A stretch of 31,155 bases of DNA from a virus (Duplodnaviria; Caudoviricetes), in IMG/VR virus record IMGVR_UViG_3300035494_000079, positions 1 through 31,155 of that record; one strand, 5' to 3'. How positions within the stretch are numbered: the stretch's first letter is position 1; the number at the start of each line of letters is the position of its first letter. Of the stretch, positions 15,965 through 24,976 are shown one piece after another. The position numbers were made by a program, and so were the translations under genes. The notes beneath the pieces are model-generated. The model ran no database searches. It was not told the DNA's origin and saw only the letters and a list, made by a program, of their open reading frames with translations.

Positions 15965-17418
15965 AGTGTCTCAACAAATTCGGTCGCAAAAAAGCCTTTG
16001 CGTTGTTGGCTGAAATGGGGACAGGGAAAACTTGGATAATCATCAACAACATCGCTGACCTTTGGTCTTCTGGAGACTGCGACTCCGTGCTAGTTTTTGC
16101 ACCCAACGGTGTTCATACAAACTGGACACGTCTAGAGTTGCCGAAGCACATGCCAGACTGGGTTAGATATAAAGCTGTTCCGTGGATAGCCGGAGGTCGC
16201 AAAGCGGAAGTTGAAGAAATTGAAACGCTGTATGAACCTCGCAATGGCGAATTGCGAATCATGACAATGAACTGGGAAGCACTGCAGTCCAAAAAAGGTG
16301 TGGAAGCCGCAAAAAGATTTGCGCTTTGTTCAGGCAAGTTGATGATTGTGTGCGATGAAAGCGACTCGGTGAAAAATCCAACAGCAAAACGTACGCAAAA
16401 TTTGATGGCTTTGAAGCCGTACAGCCATTGGCGGCGCATAATGAGCGGAACACCAATCAATAACGCTCCGTTCGACGCCTTCAGCCAATTCAGTTTTCTT
16501 GACGAGCACATATTGCAAACAACTAGCTTTTACGCATTCAAAGCTGAATACGCTGAGATGCTGCAACCAGGAAATCCTCTTTTGGACAATATAAAAGCAC
16601 GCACCAAATCTCGTGGAACGCCGCAGGTAGTTGCGCGTGGACCAGGAGGAAGACCGAAGTATCGAAACTTAGACAAGCTAAGCGCGTTGATAGCTCCGCA
16701 CTCATTCCGCGTGCTGAAAAGTGAGTGTCTTGATTTGCCAGAAAAGATCTACAAAACGCTTGTTTTCAACATGACACCTGAGCAGATAAAAACGTACAAA
16801 AAGGCCGAAAAAGAATGTCGTTTGGTTTTCGAAAGCGAGGAAACGCCGTTCAACAAGTTGGTTGCTGTCACAAAATTGGCGCAAATAACATCAGGTTATT
16901 ACATCCATCCTCTGTCCGAAGAGCCAGTGCGCATTGAAGGAAAGAATCCGAAGCTCGACTTGCTCAAAGACCGTGTTCAAAAGATAATTGAATCCGGTGA
17001 AAAGGTTATAATATGGGCGCGTTACCGCATTGAAATTGAAGACATCGTTGCAACCTTGACGCAAGAAGGAATCAACTGTGTGCAATACCACGGCGGAATA
17101 GCCAAGGACGACCGCACTGCGGCGATAGATTCTTTCGAGAATGGAAATGCTCAGGTATTCGTTGGAAACCAACAAGCTGGTGGCACAGGCATCACGTTGG
17201 TTGCTGCTTCCTACGTTATTTACTTTTCCAACAACTTCTCATTGCGAGACCGCTTGCAATCTGAAGACCGCGCTCACCGTATTGGTCAAACCAAAAATGT
17301 AACTTACATTAATATCGCAGCAAAAGGCACGATTGACATGCACGTAATCGGCGCGTTGACAAACAAAAAAGACGTCGCGGACACAATAATCGACAAAGGG
17401 TTGAAAATATTTTCATAA
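15907..17418 (+). CDS. SNF2-family (SF2) helicase
   Basis: EMGTGKT, CDES, MSGTP, GGTGITL, QSEDRAHRIGQ motifs. Confidence 0.93.
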   Translation: METITPNTKFKTQPYKHQLECLNKFGRKKAFALLAEMGTGKTWIIINNIADLWSSGDCDSVLVFAPNGVHTNWTRLELPKHMPDWVRYKAVPWIAGGRKAEVEEIETLYEPRNGELRIMTMNWEALQSKKGVEAAKRFALCSGKLMIVCDESDSVKNPTAKRTQNLMALKPYSHWRRIMSGTPINNAPFDAFSQFSFLDEHILQTTSFYAFKAEYAEMLQPGNPLLDNIKARTKSRGTPQVVARGPGGRPKYRNLDKLSALIAPHSFRVLKSECLDLPEKIYKTLVFNMTPEQIKTYKKAEKECRLVFESEETPFNKLVAVTKLAQITSGYYIHPLSEEPVRIEGKNPKLDLLKDRVQKIIESGEKVIIWARYRIEIEDIVATLTQEGINCVQYHGGIAKDDRTAAIDSFENGNAQVFVGNQQAGGTGITLVAASYVIYFSNNFSLRDRLQSEDRAHRIGQTKNVTYINIAAKGTIDMHVIGALTNKKDVADTIIDKGLKIFS

Positions 17419-17423
17419 ATTAG

Positions 17424-17452
17424 TTGCTTTAAAGGACTTGTTCAGGGATAAT
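17424..17452 (+). promoter_or_regulatory. Sigma70-type promoter
   Basis: TTGCTT-N17-GATAAT; the -10 box is bracketed by the inverted repeat TTGTTCAGG (17438-46) / CCTGAACAA (17472-80). Confidence 0.7.
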
Positions 17453-17482
17453 TTGTTCTAAGGAAGAGATTCCTGAACAAAT

Positions 17483-17499
17483 AACTCAGAACTGGAGAA
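17483..17499 (+). repeat. 17-nt leader/RBS repeat AACTCAGAACTGGAGAA
   Basis: Exact match to 8685-8701. Confidence 0.85.
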
Positions 17500-17504
17500 T
17501 TATC

Positions 17505-17804
17505 ATGAAAGCACACAAAATCACAAAAGCTCAACTTGAAAGTGTTATTCGCAAAAACAATATTTTGTCTGTTCGCAAAGGTCACACCAAAACACGCCAC
17601 ATGCGAAACAATTGTGTTGGTCTTAAAGTTTTGTTTGAAGATCAAACTTCTTTGAGATGTCACTTTGTTGATGGGTATGAAAGACCTGAAGTTTATTTGA
17701 AAAAAGGAGACGTTGTGATTTGGTTCGGTTTTTTAACAAAAGGTGAAAGACAAGAGCAGTTTGATGCTTGGCTTGAAAATATTTATGCAGGAGAGCAATC
17801 GTGA
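17505..17804 (+). CDS. Hypothetical protein
   Basis: Promoter and RBS upstream; GTGA overlap with the next gene. Confidence 0.7.
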   Translation: MKAHKITKAQLESVIRKNNILSVRKGHTKTRHMRNNCVGLKVLFEDQTSLRCHFVDGYERPEVYLKKGDVVIWFGFLTKGERQEQFDAWLENIYAGEQS

Positions 17805-18004
17805 AAGAAATTGCAAAAACTGGAAGCGTTATTTTAGGCTTTTTGATTTTGTTCGCTGTTGTTGGGTCGATGGACGCAGTTGACGCTCAGGCAAGTTCAG
17901 AAAATTATTGCGCAATGGTTGAACTTTGGGAGCAAGACTCTCACCTTGCTCCTGAACAACGACGCGGTTGGCCTCCGTATAAAGGAGTTGAAAAATGTCA
18001 ATAA
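17801..18004 (+). CDS. Hypothetical membrane-anchored protein
   Basis: N-terminal hydrophobic segment VILGFLILFAVVG; GGAG RBS; YC.MV..W..GWP.Y pattern. Confidence 0.7.
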   Translation: MKEIAKTGSVILGFLILFAVVGSMDAVDAQASSENYCAMVELWEQDSHLAPEQRRGWPPYKGVEKCQ

Positions 18005-18330
18005 CAACAATCGACCACCACATCTGCGGCATCCCGTGCAAAATTGAAGTGACTTATTTTCATCACCAAGAACCTTGGCGCGGATCGGCGCACAACTGTC
18101 CTAGCGCAGACGATTATTACGGCTTCACGGAAATTGAATACAACGTTCTTGATCGCAAAGGTTATGCGGCTGATTGGCTTGCAAGAAAAATAACATCTGA
18201 AATTGACTCAGAGATTCGCGACGCGATTTTTGAACAGACGATACAAGATGCAGAACCGGATGAAGAAAAAATAGCCGAAATTTTCACCAAGCTCGGCTAT
18301 TGGAATTACACCAACGGTCTTGATCAATGA
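17995..18330 (+). CDS. Hypothetical protein
   Basis: AAGGAG RBS; GIPC.I.V and VLDRKGY.A.WL.RK patterns; ends convergent with the endolysin gene. Confidence 0.72.
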   Translation: MSITTIDHHICGIPCKIEVTYFHHQEPWRGSAHNCPSADDYYGFTEIEYNVLDRKGYAADWLARKITSEIDSEIRDAIFEQTIQDAEPDEEKIAEIFTKLGYWNYTNGLDQ

Positions 18331-18755
18331 ATCTCGAAGTGTGGGAAATCCCATCCATTGAATTCGTCGCTTCCGAAAGTTCCGCCCCAACGCAGGTTGA
18401 TTGAAATTTTCCCTGCGTTCTTCATCTCTTTAGCTGTGCTCAATATAACTCCGGCAATGATTCCAAGGTGAACTTTGCTCCAAGACGCTTTTCCTGCAAC
18501 GTAAGCAAAGACGTCCAACGCATGGCCGAATCCGTCTGATTGAATTTGGTGTTTCCCTTTGCGTTCAAAGCCGTCGACTTTTGACTTGCCTTGCAAGAAC
18601 AACTCGTTTTGTTCTTCGTCCTTACGCACCCCTCCGTGTTCAGGGATTCCGAAGTCGATTGGCGATCGTTTTATTGCTTCTTCAAAAACTGCAATCAATT
18701 CAGGGTGAACGCCTTCCATGCGTTGTTTTGATTTTTTCGAAAATTTGAACATCAT
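18324..18755 (-). CDS. Endolysin, M15 family (L-Ala-D-Glu) peptidase
   Basis: FS..S..R.EGVHPEL, G.R..EEQ..L, KH...GHALD, RWGG, D.PHFE zinc-peptidase motifs. Confidence 0.9.
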   Translation of the reverse strand: MMFKFSKKSKQRMEGVHPELIAVFEEAIKRSPIDFGIPEHGGVRKDEEQNELFLQGKSKVDGFERKGKHQIQSDGFGHALDVFAYVAGKASWSKVHLGIIAGVILSTAKEMKNAGKISINLRWGGTFGSDEFNGWDFPHFEIH

Positions 18756-19144
18756 TTTGCTCCGTTTTCAAGCACCACAAATAAAAACGCCGCTCCGCCT
18801 GTGATTGCAGCGGAAGTTATTGCCCAAGCAATTTTCCCCGCAACCGAAGCGGCCATTGTGTTTTTTTGTTGTTCCTTTTCAAGGTCTGTCATGCGCTTTC
18901 CTTGTTGTTCAACGCGCTCCCAGATACGACCTTGTCCTTCCTTTAAGCTGCGAAGCTCGGCAGTTACGACATCGCATCTGTGCTCCATTTCTTGCTTCAA
19001 CAGCTTTTGGTCCATTTGCATGTCTACAAGTTGTTTCATGGACTGTGCCATCTCGCTGACTGAATGGGTCATTGTTTTGATATCTTGCTCCAGCTTGATG
19101 ACTACGCGTTCGATGCCGTCTAAACGTTCTCTTTCTTCACCCAT
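18752..19144 (-). CDS. Lysis-cassette membrane protein (coiled coil plus C-terminal TM; holin/antiholin-like)
   Basis: Long heptad helix followed by a hydrophobic C-terminus; located between the holin-like gene and the endolysin. Confidence 0.6.
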   Translation of the reverse strand: MGEERERLDGIERVVIKLEQDIKTMTHSVSEMAQSMKQLVDMQMDQKLLKQEMEHRCDVVTAELRSLKEGQGRIWERVEQQGKRMTDLEKEQQKNTMAASVAGKIAWAITSAAITGGAAFLFVVLENGAK

Positions 19145-19145
19145 G

Positions 19146-19661
19146 CTATTTCCCTTTATTCAAGCTTGTTAACTCAACAGCCTTGTCTTTGCTTCCAGAG
19201 CTTGAACCAAACCAAAACTGCATGATAGTTGGCACTTCTCTCGTTAGAATGCCAAGAAGAAGAACAACAACGTCCTGCATCGAGTCTGGTGTTGAAACCT
19301 CGCCAAACATTATAAAGGACAGCACGATAAAATATCCCGTGATGAAAACAGAAGACAGCACGATTTGTGGCCATTTGTTTACGCTGAACAACGTTCTAGC
19401 TGAACTGCGGTCTTTCTGGTGCAGTTCTTCAATCTTATAATCCAGCTCTTTAAGTTTTACAATGAAGTCCTGTTCAGCCTGCTTTAATTTAAGCATAACT
19501 TCTGGATCACCTGAAACAATTGCCTTTTCCAATGCTTCTGGACTTTCTTCAACACCCAGTGCAGATGCAGCCATTTTCACAGCCATACCTGCCATTGGAC
19601 CACCTATTGCAGTAGCAACTGTTGGTGCGATTGCCGCTAATGTTTCTTTCCAATTTGACAT
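19146..19661 (-). CDS. Putative holin-like membrane protein
   Basis: APTVATAIGGP N-terminus, DRSSAR, two TM helices and FWFGSS ending, typical of 3TM-holin-like phage proteins. Confidence 0.7.
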   Translation of the reverse strand: MSNWKETLAAIAPTVATAIGGPMAGMAVKMAASALGVEESPEALEKAIVSGDPEVMLKLKQAEQDFIVKLKELDYKIEELHQKDRSSARTLFSVNKWPQIVLSSVFITGYFIVLSFIMFGEVSTPDSMQDVVVLLLGILTREVPTIMQFWFGSSSGSKDKAVELTSLNKGK

Positions 19662-19678
19662 ATTAATTTCCCTAATTA

Positions 19679-21628
19679 TTATGGATATTCCATTCTTGAT
19701 ACTTCAATCCATGAAGACAGATTGCCGTCATACTTTAATGTCAAACTATCATAAACTCTATCAAGTGTGAAATCTAAAGCGCCAGACAGACGAATATTAC
19801 CTTTGGCATTCTTAACGACAACATCCCTAGCATCGTTGTTTGCTCTAATATGTAATATCTGCCCATCAACTCCACCGTTTATAGTAACAAGGTCATCAGT
19901 AGCCGCAGAAGCTTCTGTGTCAATTGTACAGTTTGATTGTGAAACTGTGATTACACCAGCTGAAATAGTTAGTGATTCCTTCTTATACACTTCTTTAACA
20001 GTGTTAGTAGTTACATTAGTAAATACCTGTTCAAGAGTAGTTATCTTCTGGAACCTTCCATCATTTACTAGGTTGTAGTATAACCCAATAATCACACCTC
20101 GCTTACCATTCAAGTCGTAAGATGGGTTCTCCGAATTTGGAGTGAAGCTTGAATAAATGAATGTATCTTGTGCATGCTCAAGGAAAATATCCGTAATTCC
20201 AGTATTAAGAGCACCACCATTTCGAATGACATTTGCAATAGTATTAGATTCAGATTCGTAACCAGAGTTGGCTTTAAAGTAAACTAGGTGATTCGTGTAT
20301 AAAGCATTATCCCAGAAAGATTGATTTTCAATAGTATTTGCTTTTGCATTCTCAAGAAGTAAACCACCACCAGCACAAACTTCATAGTTAATGTTTGAGA
20401 ACTTATTGTTTACGAGATATGTAGTTAAGTCAGTATTTTTCAAAGCAAAAAATTGAACGGTGCTTGCATTGTAAACTCGTAGATTTCTAAAATGATTCTC
20501 ATTACATCTAGTACCATTAACTGTAATGTCAACACCGCTGACAGTTGAACCATTTGCAAGATACCAGTCCCCGCCCTCAAAAATAGAGTCATAAATTCCA
20601 GATGTAGGATTCAGTGAATAGATAAGTGACTTGCTTGTTGACTGTACATACATATCGACATTATCAACTTTTAGCCCAGTTACACCATATTTGATATTAA
20701 GCACATGACCTGATTCAGAGCGTAATTCACAATTTTGGATTAGTGAATTCTTGAGAACTTGCGTGGTAGATACATCAAATACATCCTTACCAGTGCCGTT
20801 CACGTATAGCTTTGACGTGTTACCTGTACCAATGACAGAGATACCTTGAGTATAAATACCTGTGTCTAAAGTAAACGTGTCAGAAGATAACAACTTACCG
20901 TCTTCTAATCTGATAAAACCAATGCTTGTACTGATACAGAAATCAATGTATTTCTGCATCGGAATAAAATTATCTGTACCGGTAGCATTTACCCCGGTCA
21001 GACCATTCCAATCACACTTGACACCAAAATCTGACGGGTATCGAGGTTTAATCTGTTTAACCCAACAACCTGTACCAGTTCCAGCAGTAAACCAAGTAGT
21101 AAGTTGAGTTTGGTTAGTCCAATCTGTAGGGAATGGTCTATCAGGGTCAATGATTGTCCCTCCATTGTGGTTTGCCTTGTCTTGAGTAGCATCCCAATAG
21201 AAGTTATCCCCACCACCTTCTACGTCTGAGTGGTAGTTGAGGACAGTGATTGCTTGTTTATCTGAATTTCCGCTGCCGTATTCAACCAAATCAGCAATAG
21301 AATTTAGTGAAAACGTTCCGCTTGCTTCTAACTTTGACGCTTGCAACGACGACTGCACCAAAGACCCGTTTTTGTTCTTAACAACCATTGAGAATTTCGC
21401 TTCAACGATGTAAATATTTGTTGGCGTGCCGTTTCTGCTTACATAACCGTTAATAGTGCGCAATGGTTGCGCAGCTGGAATCGTCAACGCTTCATCGAAG
21501 TAAACTTGGATCGGATTGCTTTCCGCGTCCAACCCTGACTCACCAATATACACATAACCTGCATCGAGAGGGTCGCCGTCTACGTCGTGCAAAAGCACAT
21601 AAGGTTGAATTATTCTGTAAGATGACAT
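19679..21628 (-). CDS. Tailspike / receptor-binding protein with P22-type head-binding domain and beta-helix body
   Basis: N-terminal G.PL..GYVYIG..G.D...NPI.VY.D..AQPLRT..GY head-binding motif; DFGVK.D..TDN then Asn/Ile-rich parallel beta-helix repeats. Confidence 0.85.
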   Translation of the reverse strand: MSSYRIIQPYVLLHDVDGDPLDAGYVYIGESGLDAESNPIQVYFDEALTIPAAQPLRTINGYVSRNGTPTNIYIVEAKFSMVVKNKNGSLVQSSLQASKLEASGTFSLNSIADLVEYGSGNSDKQAITVLNYHSDVEGGGDNFYWDATQDKANHNGGTIIDPDRPFPTDWTNQTQLTTWFTAGTGTGCWVKQIKPRYPSDFGVKCDWNGLTGVNATGTDNFIPMQKYIDFCISTSIGFIRLEDGKLLSSDTFTLDTGIYTQGISVIGTGNTSKLYVNGTGKDVFDVSTTQVLKNSLIQNCELRSESGHVLNIKYGVTGLKVDNVDMYVQSTSKSLIYSLNPTSGIYDSIFEGGDWYLANGSTVSGVDITVNGTRCNENHFRNLRVYNASTVQFFALKNTDLTTYLVNNKFSNINYEVCAGGGLLLENAKANTIENQSFWDNALYTNHLVYFKANSGYESESNTIANVIRNGGALNTGITDIFLEHAQDTFIYSSFTPNSENPSYDLNGKRGVIIGLYYNLVNDGRFQKITTLEQVFTNVTTNTVKEVYKKESLTISAGVITVSQSNCTIDTEASAATDDLVTINGGVDGQILHIRANNDARDVVVKNAKGNIRLSGALDFTLDRVYDSLTLKYDGNLSSWIEVSRMEYP

Positions 21629-23583
21629 TATTTTTTCTCCTTCTCAAGACCTGCCAAGGCTGAGTCTACTTTTTTCTTGATTTGATTGTCTTTGATTCGA
21701 TCTCGCAACCATTTCAAGCCTGTTATGACCGGGACAGGAACGCCGGTTGTTGCACCATAAGTTCCTGCTTCACCAATTGCAGCAAGAATCATTCCTGCTG
21801 TTCCGCTGTTGTTTATTAATGTTCCCGGAGGAACGGTGTTCACATATCGCACCACATCGTTTAGATCACGAATTATTGCGCCTTGCTTCTTGCCGAAAAT
21901 TAAATCCAAGCGGTCATTAGCATCAAGTTGAGAAACGACACGGTGCAATTGAGCAGGGGAAACAATCGGATTGTCTGCAGAATCCATCCCCATTCCTTTC
22001 GTCGCTTGCTCCATGATGTGCCGTGCTGTTGCACCTTGCAATTCTTTCCAAGCCTGTTGACCGTCTTCACCGGACGTTTGCAGAACACGCTTCATGAACG
22101 TTATCTCTTCTGGTGAGCTGTTCAAAATTGATTTCTTGAACACTTGGTCTGCTGCGACTTTCGGATCGTCCATACCGCGAACGTTGGTGACCAAACGCGC
22201 CACAATTGCGCGGTTTTCGTATTTTCGAGCTTGTTCCTTGCGCAATGAACGCGCTGTTTTGTAAAGCGTTCCGCCTGCTTCTTCCGTTGTTGCATCAACA
22301 AGATTCTTCAAAATTGTTTCGTCACGCAATCCGGTTCTGTCGCCTAGATTTGCCATGCCGCTCAATTCACGGCGAAAATCTTCCATTTTTCCAAGCGTGA
22401 CACCTTCTTTCGGAATCAAATTTCCATCCGCGTCTTCCGCAGCAACGCCAAGTTTAAGCGCTGTTGCGCGTGCAGAATCAGTCACTTTTGAAGATTCAAC
22501 GCCGCGTGGCTTGGAATTGATGTAATCCCAAATTGTGCCTTGAATAAGGTCATCTTCTGGTCCAACTGTGACGACTTTTGCTGTGTCAACAGGTGTCAAT
22601 GCTTCATCAGATTCACGCGCCGCCTTGTAAGCCACACGAGTTTTGTTTTTTGCTTGTTTGTAACCTTGCGACAATGCCTTGATGACCGCATTTCCAGTTC
22701 CTGCGATGTCTGGCTCTTGCGCTGCGGTCATGTCAATCAAGGCATCAAAGTTTTGCAATGCTTGCAGGTTGTTCTCTTCAGCACGGGCGCGTAGTGGCGC
22801 GCCGAATTCTGGAGACTTCATCGTTTCTTTTTCGAACGCCAATTGTTCCGCTTCGCGGCCTGCTGCGCCTTTGGTCAACTTGACAGGCACAGGAAGAGCT
22901 TCTGCCTTTTGCGCGCGGATTTGCTCTTGCGGAATTCGTGCTGCGCCGACAGATTTGTCTGTCATTCTTGCTGAAGGTGTCGGAACTTTTTCTTTGACTT
23001 GTGCTGCGGTTCTGGTTGCAAAATCACGCAACACAGGAGACGACATTTGCGCAGCATTGGAAATGATTTGCAATTCTCCTGTCATGCCTGCCAATGGAGC
23101 CAATGGAGCAAGAGCCTCACCAACTTCCTGCAAATATTCTTGACCAGTTTCCGTGCGTGGAGCGTAAGTTAATTCACCAGCCATTCTCATGGCTTCCTGT
23201 TCAACGCGATCGGCTGCTTCTTTAGTTCCGTACTTGCCAGAAGCGATCTCTTGCGCAAGCTGCGTCAATGCGCCATAAATCATTCCAGCAGTTCCGCCGG
23301 TTGCTCCTGTAGCCATTGTCAATCCAGTTTCAGCAGCGCCGGTTAATTTTTCGCCAAGCGTTGGTTCTTGCTCTGGAACAATTGGTTGCTGCGGAGGCGA
23401 AACAAGGTTTCCATGCCAATCAAGCACGGGAACGTCTGGTTGTTCTGCAGCTTGCTGTTGCATTGCAGCATATTCTTGCTGCTTGGCTTGTTCATAAGCT
23501 TGCGACACTGTCTGGAAATCAACCGTTCCTTGCTTGTCTTGGTTGTTCACAATCCATTGTGCGTATTCTTGCGCTGTTGCCAT
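21628..23583 (-). CDS. DNA ejection / internal virion protein (P22 gp16 position)
   Basis: Large Ala/Gln/Gly-rich helical protein, third of three ejection genes; assigned mainly by synteny. Confidence 0.65.
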   Translation of the reverse strand: MATAQEYAQWIVNNQDKQGTVDFQTVSQAYEQAKQQEYAAMQQQAAEQPDVPVLDWHGNLVSPPQQPIVPEQEPTLGEKLTGAAETGLTMATGATGGTAGMIYGALTQLAQEIASGKYGTKEAADRVEQEAMRMAGELTYAPRTETGQEYLQEVGEALAPLAPLAGMTGELQIISNAAQMSSPVLRDFATRTAAQVKEKVPTPSARMTDKSVGAARIPQEQIRAQKAEALPVPVKLTKGAAGREAEQLAFEKETMKSPEFGAPLRARAEENNLQALQNFDALIDMTAAQEPDIAGTGNAVIKALSQGYKQAKNKTRVAYKAARESDEALTPVDTAKVVTVGPEDDLIQGTIWDYINSKPRGVESSKVTDSARATALKLGVAAEDADGNLIPKEGVTLGKMEDFRRELSGMANLGDRTGLRDETILKNLVDATTEEAGGTLYKTARSLRKEQARKYENRAIVARLVTNVRGMDDPKVAADQVFKKSILNSSPEEITFMKRVLQTSGEDGQQAWKELQGATARHIMEQATKGMGMDSADNPIVSPAQLHRVVSQLDANDRLDLIFGKKQGAIIRDLNDVVRYVNTVPPGTLINNSGTAGMILAAIGEAGTYGATTGVPVPVITGLKWLRDRIKDNQIKKKVDSALAGLEKEKK

Positions 23584-23584
23584 A

Positions 23585-24976
23585 TCAACCGCCTGAAATT
23601 ATCTTGTCAGCCTGCAACATGATGTTTGAAGCTGGAGTTTGTGTTGAGCTGGCTTGCGGTGTAGTAGTTTGTTGGGAACTCGGAGGTGCGACATTTTCAA
23701 TTGGGCTAGCAGGCACGAAAATGTCTCCAATCGCTTCGCTGAATGAAGTTCCTTTTGGAATTGTTTTTCCTGCAATAACGACATCTTTTGGAGTTGGCTT
23801 CAACGATCCAACTTGGCTGACCCAGTCTGCTTTTGCGCCATTCAAGTTGGCGTCATATTTGTTGAGTTTTGACATCCCACGCAAGAATGAAGAAATTGTT
23901 TCAGGATTTGCAGTTTCAGACGGGAAAACGCCCATGGCAACTTCAATGTCCTTGTCGGATGCAACTCCTGGAGGAAGAGACTGCAACACTTGTGAATTGC
24001 GCAAACGCATGTATTCTTGTCGGATGCGTGTTACTTCGTCTTCCGAACCCCAAATCTTTTTGACAGCTTCTGCAGCAGAGGCGTATTTACCGGATGCCAT
24101 TTGTGTGTCTATGTTGTCGGCAAGTGTCTCGTATTGGTTGGAAAGGCTTTGCAAATTGACCTGACTTTGCACGGATTCGTTGATGAGCTTCTCCGCGTCC
24201 GTGCTCAAATCTATTCCGCCGCCAGCCAACTTTTGCTGGTATTCAAGTTGCTTGAGCTTGACGTCCATCGCAACTTGCTCTGCGTCTTTGTTTGTTTTAC
24301 CGATAACCGCAGCAATGCGCTTGGTGTCCATTTTTTGTTGATTGATTTGCGCTTTGGTTAAATCCAAGTCTGCCAATTCTTTGTCGAATTTAACACCTGC
24401 AAGTTTTTGCGATCGGCCTTCTTCTTGCAGTTTTGTCCAAGTTTCAGCGAACTTGTCTGCTCCCATTGTGTTTGCTAAGAATAGACCGGCGGAAGTCTTA
24501 GCCGCTTCTGGATTCATTTGCACCAATTGCAGCATGGCTTGCGCAGACGCTTCATCTTGTTTGTTGCCTGAATTTTGCGCAGCTGCCAAATTGTCTTGCA
24601 GCAATTGAGTTGCGACTTCAGTTTGACCGGCTTGTAGCGCGCTGAATACGTTGAGAGCTTGAGAACGCTTAACGTTGGATTGCTGTTCTGTCATGCCTGC
24701 CATCGGCGCTTTAAGGCTTTCTGCAATGGTTGGGTATTTCACCATCATTGAGATGTAATCTTGGGGTGTGGCGTCCGTTTTTTGCGCCAAAGTTGCTAGA
24801 TCCGTTTGCATCGCTTGCGCTTGTTGAAGCTTTTGCGCTTGCAATGCTTGTTGCTGCTCTAGTCCGGCTTTCTCTAGTTGCATCTTTTTCAACGCGTAGG
24901 CGCTTTGGATTCCCTGCATAGAGCTTTCAATTGGACTTTGAACAGTTCGGAAATAATCTGCATAATTAAGTGCCAT
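23585..24976 (-). CDS. DNA ejection / transfer protein (P22 gp20 position)
   Basis: Gln/Ala-rich coiled coil with GVASDKDI motif. Start moved to ATG 24976 (MALNY), coupled to the upstream stop. Confidence 0.65.
   Translation of the reverse strand: MALNYADYFRTVQSPIESSMQGIQSAYALKKMQLEKAGLEQQQALQAQKLQQAQAMQTDLATLAQKTDATPQDYISMMVKYPTIAESLKAPMAGMTEQQSNVKRSQALNVFSALQAGQTEVATQLLQDNLAAAQNSGNKQDEASAQAMLQLVQMNPEAAKTSAGLFLANTMGADKFAETWTKLQEEGRSQKLAGVKFDKELADLDLTKAQINQQKMDTKRIAAVIGKTNKDAEQVAMDVKLKQLEYQQKLAGGGIDLSTDAEKLINESVQSQVNLQSLSNQYETLADNIDTQMASGKYASAAEAVKKIWGSEDEVTRIRQEYMRLRNSQVLQSLPPGVASDKDIEVAMGVFPSETANPETISSFLRGMSKLNKYDANLNGAKADWVSQVGSLKPTPKDVVIAGKTIPKGTSFSEAIGDIFVPASPIENVAPPSSQQTTTPQASSTQTPASNIMLQADKIISGG

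Noticed and set aside
12763-17418. Inteins or introns in the polymerase or helicase
   Set aside because: Both frames are continuous and compact, with no intein splice-junction or homing-endonuclease motifs.
7191-17499. Repeated 17-mers considered as CRISPR repeats or att sites
   Set aside because: They are dispersed, always at ribosome-binding positions and not regularly spaced; no cas or integrase gene is present.
23316-24164. 282-aa plus-strand ORF across the ejection genes
   Set aside because: Antisense to two well-supported virion genes, with no recognisable domain.
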